Under the pieces are notes generated by a model. The model did not search any database. It was given only the letters and a program-made list of their open reading frames with translations, and was not told where the DNA came from. 64,000 bases of DNA, taken from contig NIVC01000151.1 in assembly GCA_002269645.1 (NCBI GenBank), positions 558,001 to 622,000 of the forward strand. Reading direction: 5' to 3'. Origin of the DNA: Macrostomum lignano. Lineage: Eukaryota. Below are positions 1 through 11,420 of this stretch, one piece after another (position 1 is the stretch's first letter; each line of letters starts with the position of its first letter). The position numbers and the translations under genes are program-made.

Positions 1-999
1 GGCTTATCTGCCATCAATCTGAAACCTGAAGCGTCACATTCCTTAACAATGACAAGTTCGCATCCCTTCGGTCCCCTCCGCATTGCCCGTTTTTGCTTAC
101 CCGCGCGCCTTACAATAACATCTGACCGTTTGCGAAACTGTGTTATTCGCATCTCTGCCTTATCACTAGCACTTTCAGACTGTGAGACGCTGTCTCTAGG
201 GTGTTGCACATTAAAAAAATAATTTTCTCTACTTATTTGCACATTCGAAACTTTTTAGTTATTAGAGAAAGACTTTGACAGATTTTCTTTTTACGAGTAA
301 AATCTCTAGACATGTGCGAGAGCTTATCTGGTTCTTCTGTGTTTTCCTTTTAGCTCTTTTAAAATGCTATTTAATTGTATATCAAGATTTTATTGATTCT
401 CCATTACAAGATAGCAAAGTTTTGTTTGTTTTACTAAATCTTTTAAGCTGCGAGCTTAGTTGTATCCGTGCGCTTTGTTTTGTTTTCTTGTAGACGGACC
501 CTGCCAGCTTTAATTGTTTAGCCATAAAACTTAATCGCTACTTTTTGTCAGCGAATCTTTTTATTGGAAATCAATTAATCAAAGTCTGCACTACTTGTTT
601 CATATAGCGCCTATGCGTTTGGTTATTTCCTTGTACTTTGCACAAGTCAAGTTTGTCAATTTTTTTGTTTAAAAAACGAAGAAATAAGCACTACATGAAG
701 TTTATAGCCCCGAAAATTTTCTCACACAGCTATCAATCTTTGACTTGGCGTTTCGATTAGGAACAATTCTTTAAAATGTGATTTTGTTTGCAGAGTTCTT
801 TTTGTTTGCGTGAGCGGTCGTATTTACTATTCGATAAAGTCGTTTGAATCCACTAAGAATCTAAAAATAGTTTCGTACTGTTTGGATAAAGATAGGGACT
901 TGACTTGAGTCAATATCCATAGGATTCTTAACAATGTCATAAACTTTTTGTAAGCTCATGCAAACAGATCGAGATACTTGTTTGATTAGATTTGTTTAA

Positions 1000-1641
1000 C
1001 GTCGGTGCAAACGCGCAGAACAGCCGGGCGTTACGGCCTCGCAGTCTCACATCCACACGCAGAAGCCGAGGTGACACAGGGACACAGCAGACACTCTGCT
1101 GCAGCCGCGGTCCGACTAGAGCGCCGACTCCTCCACGTCCTCGACTGTCCGCTGAGGTGAAAAACAGGGTCCAGCCGGCACCGAGATCCTCACGTTGGAG
1201 GCCGTCCTGCGTCACAATTGAAACTTCCTGCAGCATCACAATGTCCAGCTGCAGATCGGATGCCAGCTGCGCCAGCATTCCCCTCCTCCAAGCAGGTTTG
1301 AGAGTGCGACAGTTGAAGGTGGCAATTCTAAACGCGCTTCCTGGTACAGCTGGGGCCCGGACTTGTTGGGCCCCACGGTCTCCTGCGCTACCAGGCAGAA
1401 CCGATTGGATAGGGGCCGGGTCAAGCAAACTTGCAGACTTGCGAAAACGACCTTTCAGCCGTCCTCGCCTGTTGCGCTCACGCCGCCGCTGGATGCGCCG
1501 GTGGAGACTTCGTTTGCCTCGCCGGTTGCCCTTCCTGCCGCTGTTAGCAGCCGCAGCGTCCGTGTTAGCAGAGCGCGGCTCACCGCTCTCACCTGGGCAA
1601 GCGCCAGCCAGATGGCAAGCGTCACCCGGAGGTCGCAGCAT
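1000..1641 (-). mobile_element. Non-LTR retrotransposon (LINE) APE-type endonuclease, N-terminal half (inverted)
   Basis: Minus-strand translation has APE motifs RIATFNCRTL, LDIVMLQEV, GRGGVGALV, RLL..VRLRG and ends at FCAFAPT near 1000-1002. Confidence 0.85.
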
Positions 1642-2309
1642 ATTTGCACCCCAGTGTGCGGATCATGTACCCGTGTACGCCGGAAAAAATTCGGGCGTCA
1701 AGGACTTTGTACGCCAGTGTACGCCAAAAACAAAAAGTTGCACTCAAATGTACACTAAAAATTCCAAAAAAGGGTCATTCGGTTTTCACGAGTAGAGTTT
1801 TCTAGGAAAGGCTTTCGTATGAAAAGTGTCTTTAAAATATTACGAATATTGTCAGTTTAAACAAACTTAAATAACACCTACAAAAAATATCATGCAAAGT
1901 TAATACTTTCAGCAAAATTTTACACTAGTTTAATTTTTTTTTAACTTAAAATAAGCAAAAAGTTTATCACTGACGATATAAATTTTCCTTTACTTTACGT
2001 AAAAACATTAATTTACATTACAATTTTCATGCACGGCATGAATTGATTCACCAAAATTTGTACGCCAAAAAAGTATGCGTGGCTGTGTTACTTGTGTACG
2101 CCAATAGTGTACGCCAACAAAGTGCGCCAGGGGTTGTGTACGCCGATTGTGTACGCCAAGGACTGAGGGTGGCCGTTTTGTACGCCGGAAAAGTTCCGGC
2201 GTACATGCATACCATCCGCAACCTGGTTTGCACCGAAGTGCAAATTTAATAGAACGTGCAAATTTAATAGAACGTGCAAATTTATTAGAACGTGCAAATT
2301 TAATAGAAC
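1642..2309. mobile_element. Non-autonomous repeat element with imperfect subterminal inverted repeats and terminal hairpin (Helentron/HINE-like or MITE)
   Basis: Many GTGTACGCC motifs; imperfect inverted similarity between ends (CCAGTGTGCGGAT vs CCAGGTTGCGGAT); hairpin TTTGCAC-CGAA-GTGCAAA at 2227-2244; four tandem 18-mers GTGCAAATTTAATAGAAC at 2238-2309. Confidence 0.4.
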
Positions 2310-2995
2310 CTGCCCAGCTGCCCATCAGCATGAGGCGCAGGAGTTCTTTGATTTCCTGTCGGAGCAGCTCGAGTCGGTCGCAATGCGTGACACTCTGGTG
2401 GTGCTTGGCGATCTCAACGCTGTCGCGGAGAGGTCCCAGCGCTCCCCGTTCGTGTCCCCGCGCCAGAATGGCAACTCTAGTGCGCTTGCGGACCTTATGT
2501 CGCGGCAAGATTTGGTGTCGGCGAACACGCGCTTCCGCAAGCCTGCTTTTCGTTTGGCGACTTTTGCTGGTTGTAAGCGAAGAAAGCGGAACGCGCGCCG
2601 AAACGCCACGATGCGCCGGGCCCAGCTCGACCACATTCTTGTTCGTAACCGCGAGCGCAGTCGGGTGACAGACTGCGACACGATGGCCCCGCTGTCCATC
2701 CGATCCGACCACCGCCTGCTTTTCTGCAACCTTCGCATCCGGGATCCGCTGTACAGGCCGCCCAAGCGACCCCCACTTCCGGGCTCTGCGAGATTCTAGC
2801 ACCCGCGGCAGGTTCGCGTACGCGTTTGCCACCGCACTGGGAGAGTCTGCGAGCACCGGTAACTACTCTGAAATTAGCGCGGCAGTAGCGACGGCAGCGA
2901 GCAAAACTCTGCCACTTATGAAATCTGCAGCCCGTAGTCTCCCTGTCTGGGCGGATGACAAGGAGGTTCAAGAGGCGAGGCGGACAGTCATACCA
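2308..2995 (+). mobile_element. LINE APE-type endonuclease, C-terminal half and start of linker (3'-truncated)
   Basis: Frame of ORF 2383 reads ..AAHQHEAQEFFDFLSEQL..LVVLGDLNA..SANTRF..QLDHILV..SDHRLL (GDxN, DH and SDH motifs). No reverse transcriptase follows. Confidence 0.85.
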
Positions 2996-3520
2996 ACACA
3001 ATGGTATTACTATTATTGTGCCATAGACATTTGTGTCCTTGACAAAGCTTTGTATTAAAGTATTGTATTAAACTAATTTGTATTAAAGTAAGTTTGACAT
3101 AGACAATCGGGCATTAAATGTCATTAACTGCCCGCTAATTTGCATTAAAGTAAGTTTGAAATAGACAATCGGGCGTTAAATGTCATTGACATATGGCCAA
3201 GCATGCTTAAATGGAATTTACTGCGCGGCTTGGGATTTACTGCACAGTCGCGTTATCTATCTATGTCTATGGCTAAAACCAGAAGAATGCTTTGCCCATA
3301 AATCAATGAATCTATCACTAAGTTCCTTCGTGCGTAAATAGTCTATGGCACGAGTGCGCAAGACTATTTACGCACTCGAAACCTAGAGATAAATCTACCA
3401 TTAACTGCCCGCTAATTTGAATTAAAGTAAGTTTGACTCCTGCAAGCGGGCTTAAATGTAGTCTATGGCATTAAAAGGCAAGAATAAGTGCCCAGCGGGC
3501 ACAAAGGTCATGGTACAATA

Positions 3521-3672
3521 ATATTAATATCCATGCTTTGCGGGCGTTAATGAGAAATCCTTGGGCGCAGGCCTAATACCCATGCTTTAAGGGCGTTAAT
3601 GGGAAAATCAGAGGGCGCCGTTAGGCGCCCAAGGATTTCTCATTAACGCCCGCAAAGCATGGGTATTAATAT
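3521..3672. mobile_element. Palindromic MITE-like element
   Basis: 48-bp inverted repeat (3521-3568 vs 3625-3672, 1 mismatch) around a spacer holding a third degenerate copy. TSD not resolved. Confidence 0.6.
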
Positions 3673-4126
3673 ACTATTAATTAACCGTTGTTGTACATGT
3701 ACGTGAGCCATCGGGATGCATTTTGGTGCAGGTGCAAATTTAAATAAGCAATTAGTTCATTTTACATGCATAGTAAAGATACATAGTATAGATACATTGT
3801 AAACTATAATTCGCTTTAGAAGCTTTACTTATATACTTTAAGCCCGAATGCTTTGGCTTGCTAGCAGAGAGCAAGCATATTTCATCTCAAATTAGACCTA
3901 TAAATTCTGCTGAGCCTTTGTTCGAGCCTAATTATGTATGTATGAACAATACAAGACACAAAGAATGTACCTGTCTGAAGTTTATAAGTCATGGCTTTTT
4001 GGATGCTTTTGTTCGAGTGTGTAAGTATCGTGCGGACAGTTTTGGCCTATATTTTGTTTGTCTGAATTCATTTGATTTTTGTCACGTAAGTGAGATGTGT
4101 AAATTATTCAAATTAGTATACATATC

Positions 4127-4417
4127 GGTAATGGCTAGAGTTCCGGCACCGGAACCTGTTTTCTAATGGCTATGGATCCGGCAGTCTTCTACAGGCAGTT
4201 ATCTACTAATGAAGTCTTTGAACATTAGAAGTATCTTGTTTTGAATCTCATCGTTTCGTTTTGATCTTATCTTGAGCAAAATCCCAATATCAACAACCCG
4301 TTAAAAAAGTAAAATGTTTCTGCTATATTATACCCATAAATTGTACTACTGGAATACCACTGCCGGATCCATAGCCGTTAGAAAATGGGTTCCGGTGCCG
4401 GAACTCTAGCCATTGCC
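4127..4417. mobile_element. Mutator-type MITE (291 bp)
   Basis: About 59-bp TIRs starting GG(T/C)AATGGCTAGAGTTCCGGCACCGGAACC; perfect 9-bp TSD ATACATATC at 4118-4126 and 4418-4426. Confidence 0.85.
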
Positions 4418-5232
4418 ATACATATCATCGCGCCGATCTGCCGCCGCATCGCCGCGCCTAGCTCAGACTCTCGTTAAACTCAGACTGCACTGCGGTGATT
4501 ACTGGACTAGCCTACTGTAACACTGTTGTGCTAACTAATCGGTCTCTACTCTCTAGTCATCGAAACTTTCTTACTTTTCGACGCTCAAGGCTCAATCGGT
4601 ACAAAGAAGACCTTTCCAAATTCCACTGCTAGGGATGATCCGCCCCCCATATTTAAACCCCATCAATCCCATCCTGGCCTAGTACAGTAGACAATCGGGG
4701 TTATTAGGAAAGCACTAGCACTGAGCTCGGTGTTTTTTTATTATTTTGATATACATTTTTTGTTCCTGTATAACACAATACAATACAAACTGTATTCAAG
4801 AGCTTCATTTCCAATTTTATTTGCTTCAGTTATTTATTAATTGATTTTAGTGTCTCAAAATTACTAGCCTATGCTTTTATGGAATTTGGGCCTTGTAGAA
4901 TCCAGTATATATCTATATATTCATCATCTAAATTAGGACTGTTATATCAAATTATTTATTGCTTTAACTTTTCCCATTAATATTCTAGGGCCTAGCTTTA
5001 CACTAGGCTATAAAAAGAAAAGTTTTTATTGTTTTTTAGCTTGCTTTAGTAGGCCTACTATAATTATAAATCAGGGAATCAATTCATTATCTTAATCTTA
5101 GTCACTTAGTAGTTCAAAATGGCAAATGCACCTAAAAAAAGATGTTTTGCAATATATAAAGTACTAGGTATATTCAAAAACAAATGTCAATGACCTTATC
5201 TCAGCTCCCTAAGTAGGTACACAATTTTATTT

Positions 5233-5846
5233 TCACTGTTTTTCAACATGATATCCCTTGAGTTTGATGCATTTTTTGCAAGGATCTATCCACTTTTTGA
5301 AAGCTAGGCCGGGCAAAGGTTTCTACTGGGATACCTCTCTCAACCTGTTCTGACTCATTATTGACTAAGTTGTCAGCAAGCTAGATGACCAATAACTCTT
5401 GTTTTACTTTAAAAAAGAGCCAGAGAAGTATGTAAGAGCCAAATCTGGCAAGTACAGTGGATGAGAAAGTACATGGACCAAGTATCTCTCCAGAAAACCC
5501 TATGATTTCTACTCTGGCAATAGTAGCCAAGGGGACCTCTAGCACTTACTCTCTTCTTAGACAGTCCAAAATATGCATGTGGGATCATGTAGACTATGCT
5601 AACAGATAAGTCAAAGTCTTTGGCCAATTCCTCAATGGTTTTGCAGCAATCAGACTCAAGGGCCTCTTGCATAGCTGCAATGGTCTCTGCAGATTGCCTT
5701 GTTTTCTTTGCATTGAACCTGTTCTAATCTTCTGTGTCCTAGCCATCCTTCACTTGGCGGATGAGGAAGTAGATTTGCCTCTTGGACAGCTGCTCATCTA
5801 GGTGCACCATCTTTGATCTCTAGGATGCTATATTTGCCTTTGCCAT
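5233..5846 (-). pseudogene. Decayed, internally deleted mariner transposase
   Basis: Across stops and frameshifts: HTH-like TIEELAKDFDLSVSIVYMI, YSPDLAP-like HPLYLPDLAL (5431-5463) and a mariner-type C-terminus AFKKWIDPCKKCIKLKGYHVEKQ*. Confidence 0.8.
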
Positions 5847-6895
5847 GTTACAAACAAAAGTGTGAGCTTGGGTCATGGGCATGGCAATAACAAAATGCCT
5901 TGGAACAAGTGGTTGGATTTAACTACTGCTAGACTAAAATGACACAAAGGATTGCCTTCAATTTTTAGCTAATGTTAGCAATCTCTGCTAGTATCTTTGC
6001 TGTAAAATCAGGTTTGTGATGTAACCACGCTCTGGTCGCGGGATAGGGCATGGGAACTTTTTCGAAAGTGCCTCCTATCCCGTGCACCCCCTGCACAGAG
6101 CTGTCGAGACTCGGCCAGGTCTCTGACCAGGCCTGGAGACTCCCGCTCTGCTGAACCCCTCCTGCTGCCTTGGTTCCATCTCCCCTGCCGCCACACCTGC
6201 CTTTTCGGAGCTCCCTACCCCTTTCTGTACCTCCCCCTCTACCCTATCTCTTCTGTTTTCCGCCCTATTCTTCCTGTACTTTCCCTATTCCCCCTCTTTT
6301 TGTCTCCCTCTGCACTCTTTTCCTGCGCTGTCCCCTCTTTCCCTGTGTCTACTTACAGTATTTTGTGTGCTCACCATCTCCCCATCCCCTCCCAAACTCC
6401 CAAATGGTGACGCAAGTCGTGTGACCCCTTCTCCCCCTCGGTGACTCATCAATGACTCATCCCCCTCTCTTGCGCAATCTTTTCTCACGCCATTGTTCTC
6501 CTCCCCAAATTTCTCATGCGACACCCACCCCACCTCCGCTTCTATTGTTCTTGTTTTTGATTCTTTTGTTCTCTCAACCCCCATCAATTATCACATTTTC
6601 TCCAATTTTCTCTTTCTTTTGTTCTCGTTTTCGCACCTAATTATCACCTTTTCCCCAATGTTTACTTTTCCATTGTTCTCAGTTCTCCCCAATTATCCCC
6701 GATTTCCAATTCCTTTGTTCTCGACCCCAGCCCTATTGTTCTCAATGTTTGCTTGCGCAACACTTTCGCGACCACCCGCTGCGCCAATTATCCCCCCACC
6801 CCACCTCCGGATTGCGCAATTTCCTGATTTCTCATGTTGCTATACCGGTCTCATGCTTCTCATCATGACTCATTCTGATGTCATTCTGCCGGCAG

Positions 6896-6957
6896 CCAAT
6901 CAGAGAGAGGGAGCCATAGTAACGACCTTGAGGAGGTGGCAGTGAGGTCTATAAAAG
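6896..6957 (+). promoter_or_regulatory. LTR promoter: CCAAT box and TATA box
   Basis: CCAAT at 6896-6900 and TATAAAAG at 6950-6957 inside the LTR-like element. Confidence 0.55.
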
Positions 6958-7469
6958 GAAGCAATTTTGGCATGAGAATCCTCAGACGCGTTCCTTCTCG
7001 TCCTACTGTGGACTTGCTGTCAAACCTTGATCTGACCTATTCGTCTATAGGACGAACCTCTGCCAGTCCGCGGTCTGATACCACCAAGTTACCTTTGCTC
7101 CCCAAGTGAGCTCGCCTATCGGCCAGCGGTCTGATACCGCCCAGCATCATCAGCATTGCCTGATCTACATCAGCGCCTTGTCACTTCAGCGCATCGCCGC
7201 TTCACTGTCTGCCTGATTGCAGCCTACAGCCGCCCTTGGTCACCCCGCCTCTCTCTCTCTGTGCAGCTGCCGGTAAGTTCCTGTTACTAATTTGTGCTCT
7301 AATCGCCTTGCTTATCTGGGGTTTGCCTATTTTCCATTGTCTGATTAGAGAGCTGAGCCAATTGTGATACCGTACTTTTTGCTGTATTTTACTCAATAGT
7401 GAAGCCACCTAATTGCCTGATTATTTGCCTAAGGGCCTAATTATTAACTATTAACTAACCCCATCATTA

Positions 7470-8348
7470 GGTTCCTGGACACTTCGTCATCTTACCACTT
7501 CGTCATCCACTCATATTTCTAGACACTTCGTCATCTTACAACTTCGTCATCTACGATACTATTGTGGACACATTGTCATCTACTCCCTGGACACTTCGTC
7601 ATCCACTTTGTCTAAAAAACTTATTGAATAGGAATAGCTATATGTAACTTCGTCAGCTAAGTTGTATCGAGTAGTCATAAATATAGGTGGCTACACTGAG
7701 GATTAACTAACTGATTAACTAACTGATAATTAATGAGGATTAACTACGACGGGGGAAGAGCTGGAGAAGAAGAGAAGAGATTGCGATCGCGATCAGTACA
7801 AAGTAGTAGTAGTAATTAGTAGTATTTTTTATTTCTTATTCAACAAAATTGAATTCTACTCGCGGTTTAAATCATACAATATCTTGGAATCATACACTAA
7901 AACAAAAATAACAATAAATTGGAAATAAGCATACCTGAATAGCAAAATTAAATGCAACTTAAAAAACATAATAATAAATACACAAAAACACACTATTCAT
8001 AAACATATTTAAATCTACATCGTTACAACTCCACACGTTTGTGGAAGCGAAGCTATAATAAAATTACAATGAACACTTGTACACATACAGCGTGCATTTA
8101 GATGCCAATTATAGCAAGAAGTTGAATCCCTAAACGTGTATTTAATCCTATATTTTACAGACTATTGATCAAATCGAATAACAATTTTACAGCTTTGCAA
8201 AATCTTGGGATGACGAAGTGTCCTCAAAATTTGGTCACTTCGTCATCTAGATTTCTAACAATTTCTTTGTATGACGAAGCGTCCTAAAACCATAGTCACT
8301 TCGTCATCTGGATGACGAACTGGTAAGATGACGAAGTGTCCAGGAACC
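7470..8348. mobile_element. Non-autonomous DNA transposon, Mutator-like, nested in the LTR
   Basis: 39-bp TIRs GGTTCCTGGACACTTCGTCATCTTACCA(C/G)TTCGTCATCC (1 mismatch); repeated subterminal CTTCGTCATC motifs; TSD CATCATTA (8 bp, or 9 bp CCATCATTA if the last C belongs to the target). Confidence 0.8.
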
Positions 8349-9800
8349 CATCATTATTCATTCTTTTACCATCATTTCACCCATGGCTTGCTAAGCCTTT
8401 CTCCCAGGGTGGCGAAGCATAAGAAAGTTTGGGTAAGCTAATGGCCTCTCCCCGTGCAAAGCCTGCCTGTGAGTGCGTGCTGCGGGGCCGTGTGTGCGTG
8501 CAGTAGAGGGAGTAGCGAGTCTTGGCACAGAATGGCAGTAGGAAGGTTGCAACCCCATGCTGACACATCCCTTCGCCCTGAGCAATCTAAACTATAGACA
8601 GTACACGTTCGTCTCACACTACTCTTAGTAATCAAAGTCGCAAGTTAGCCTCGCTCACAGCCTCAAAGGATCCCCTGCTGAGAAATCCTCCAGATTGAGC
8701 CCAGAGTTCCCGATCATGCCCCAAGCAGAGTCCCTATACTCGGCTGCATGTGTCTCCCCTGTTAGCCTAAATCTCCTGGTAACCATCCCAGGCGGGGCTC
8801 TAGCCTCGAGAGGTCTGGTAGAAAGATCCAGGTGTGCCAGGTCACATAGAGTGGTGGCAGCCACTCGGTCATACTCTGACCGAGTGACCAACTATTGCAC
8901 CTTGGCTACAGGTGGGGTCCATGTGGGTCCTTGGCCCTCTGGTCACAAAGCGCTACCAAAGCTATCAATCATGTGGTGCTGGAGGTCCGTCAGGCCATTG
9001 CCCGGTCATAGGCAGCCTACGGTCATTGCCCCCTCTAGTCATGCATTCGTCTCTCTACGGAGTGGAACAGGCGACAAGGGCGGTTACATCATTTGCCATA
9101 TTTGCCTAAGCAAAGATATCCAGCCATAGACATTAGTTTTTGAAAATACCTTGTAAGGCTGAATTTAATAGCTTAAATATTTATTAACCATGACCCATGC
9201 CATATATAAATAAACATTGATTTATTTCTAATAGCAATTTGTATTTTTTAATAGAGCTAGCCATTTCTGTCCAGGTTTTACTTATCTATATTGAACTTCT
9301 AAAAGACATAAAAATTTTGTTAATAAGATTGATTTAGCTTATTATTTATTGTTTATTTTAGGTAAGCAAAAATAAATTTGTCTACCAAAGCTTTATCTTT
9401 TTTAGAATTCAAATTAAAATGTTTAATTATCTAAGTTATATAATCGAGACATATATCTAAGTCTACTAATATTTTTAATTAAAAGTCATAGTTGGAAGCA
9501 CATTAAAATGAATAATACAAAGTTATATTCCACTGTATATACTTAATTTACTTATACTTATATTATACTTAATATACTTAAATTACTTAATATTAACTTA
9601 ATTTTTGGCTTATAATAAAAAATTAGAAATATATATATAGATGCATGCTTGGATATTTCAATTGACTACTTTTTACTTTTTTGCCTTCAAGTATATAATA
9701 AATATTCTATGTATGCTAAAAAACTATTCAGAATAAGAAATTCTATGAATAATATATCTAGTTTTGTGTCTAAATTTAAGTCAATTTTTATTAACTGCAG

Positions 9801-11420
9801 ATGGCAGCACCAGACAAGCTGCTATATAGCCAGACTGCCCTGTGGGACAGCCAGACCACAGAGTCCTGCTTGCTCAACTTCAACCAGCAGCCAATGTCTG
9901 GCACCTTTACCAGTGCCTCTACAGCAGCCACCTCAAGTGCCACCTTGTGCGAACCCAATGGCGACCCATCTGGCTTTTCCAGTGCCACTGCTACAGCAAC
10001 TGCGGCTGATTCTGGCTACATGTCATCCTCATCGCTTCACACTGCCTGCATGATCAGCGAGCTTGTCAACAAGCTGGTGGACTCAGAAGATGAGCAGATG
10101 CCGCCACCGCCGTTGCCATCCCAGCAGCTGCTGGAGCAGCAACAGCAGCCTCTGCATCTGCAAGGCCACCAGCAGCAGCCGCAGCTGCAGGCCGCAATTG
10201 ACCAGAGAAGTCCGCGGCCGCTTGTGCGCATGCAGCAGCAGCAGAGTTTGCAGCATGCCGTTACGCACCAGCCTAGCCAGCAGTCTCTGCAGTTGCAGAA
10301 CTGTGTGACCTCTGCTTCCGCTATGCACCCGCAGCAGCAGAACTGGATGGCCCTGCAGGCCTGCCACATGAAGACCGTCCAGTCAGGTAGCAGCGATGCG
10401 GCCATTAAATCAGCTGGCACTGTGACTCGAGTTCCGGTGCAGCAGCAGCAGCAGTCGCGCGCTCATCAGCATCCGCAAGCTCTTGTCCTGCCTTCCGCGT
10501 CTAACTACATCCTGCTGTCGCAGCACCCGCAGTTTCTTCAACTGGCCCCCAGGCCGCTTCATCCGCAGCCGCAGCAACTGGCCCAGCCCTCGTCATCGCT
10601 TTCTCAGTCGAGCACCGGTAACCTGGTTGCTATGGAAACTGGTCTGGCTGGTAGCCCAGGTGGCTCCCGCCAGGCCTCAATGACGCGGCGCGCCACCCAG
10701 ACAGACTCGGAGCGCTCGGCGCGGCTTTCCGAACTGACGGAGCTGCGCCGCCTGCTCGGCAAGGAGCTGCGCCATGCTGAGGCTCGCCTATCCGCGGCCT
10801 GGCAGGCTCGGAGATTCAGCGGCGTCCCAGCTGTGGCGCCAACTGGAGCTTCGGCTGGTGCGGCTGCCGCTGCTTCGTGCGGCTCGAACTCCGGCGCCCA
10901 GGCAGCCGGATTCTCGCCGCCAAGCTCGCCGCCTCCGCTCGCCAGGCAGCACGGGGCCATGGGCGGCCGGGAGGACCGGGAGCTGCTGGCGGTATGCCAG
11001 GAGCTCAGCCGCTTGCATCAGCTGGTGCAGCGGGCTGAGAGGCTGCGAAACGCCGCCCTGCCAGCCGGGGTGCACTCGGCTCTGGACCGGCTGTCCGAGG
11101 CGGTGCGCAAGTGCCAGACACGGCGCAAGGAGGAGGTGACGAGCCTGAACAACCGCGGCTCCAGCAGCGGCGGCGGTCGCGCTGTTGAAGAGCGAGACAG
11201 CCGGGCGGTGTCAGCGGCTGTTGGCGAGCTGTTGGAGCAGCTGCAGGCTGCCAGGACCTGCCTGTGGGCGACCCTGCAGATGGCTGTGGCCGGGGAGGAG
11301 GTCGAGGCCGAGGTGGCCGACTGCGGCGGAGACGGCAGCGCCGAGGCCCGAGCGTTCCGCCGGCTGGAGGCGCACCGCCTGCAACTGGCCGAGCGGCGGG
11401 CGGATCCCTATGAGGACTGA
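9801..11420 (+). CDS. Uncharacterised 539-aa Gln/Ser-rich protein with helical/coiled-coil C-terminal half
   Basis: Long GC-rich ORF with CAG/CTG-rich codons; the ATG directly follows an acceptor-like TTTTATTAACTGCAG. No family recognised. Confidence 0.7.
   Translation: MAAPDKLLYSQTALWDSQTTESCLLNFNQQPMSGTFTSASTAATSSATLCEPNGDPSGFSSATATATAADSGYMSSSSLHTACMISELVNKLVDSEDEQMPPPPLPSQQLLEQQQQPLHLQGHQQQPQLQAAIDQRSPRPLVRMQQQQSLQHAVTHQPSQQSLQLQNCVTSASAMHPQQQNWMALQACHMKTVQSGSSDAAIKSAGTVTRVPVQQQQQSRAHQHPQALVLPSASNYILLSQHPQFLQLAPRPLHPQPQQLAQPSSSLSQSSTGNLVAMETGLAGSPGGSRQASMTRRATQTDSERSARLSELTELRRLLGKELRHAEARLSAAWQARRFSGVPAVAPTGASAGAAAAASCGSNSGAQAAGFSPPSSPPPLARQHGAMGGREDRELLAVCQELSRLHQLVQRAERLRNAALPAGVHSALDRLSEAVRKCQTRRKEEVTSLNNRGSSSGGGRAVEERDSRAVSAAVGELLEQLQAARTCLWATLQMAVAGEEVEAEVADCGGDGSAEARAFRRLEAHRLQLAERRADPYED

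Larger units (their letters stand above)
6017..9091 (+). mobile_element. Solo LTR-like element (about 2.2 kb without the nested insertion)
   Basis: Termini TGATGTAACC (6017-6026) and GGTTACATCA (9082-9091) form a perfect 10-bp inverted repeat, TG...CA; 4-bp TSD TTTG at 6013-6016 and 9092-9095; internal CCAAT and TATA boxes; no gag/pol ORF. Confidence 0.75.

Noticed and set aside
275-493. 72-aa hydrophobic ORF
   Set aside because: TTG start, T-rich low complexity, no splice or homology support.
1002-2236. 11-bp inverted repeat (1002-1012 / 2226-2236) as the cause of the inversion
   Set aside because: Recombining at these sites does not rejoin the LINE frame; the restoring breakpoints are about 1001 and 2309.
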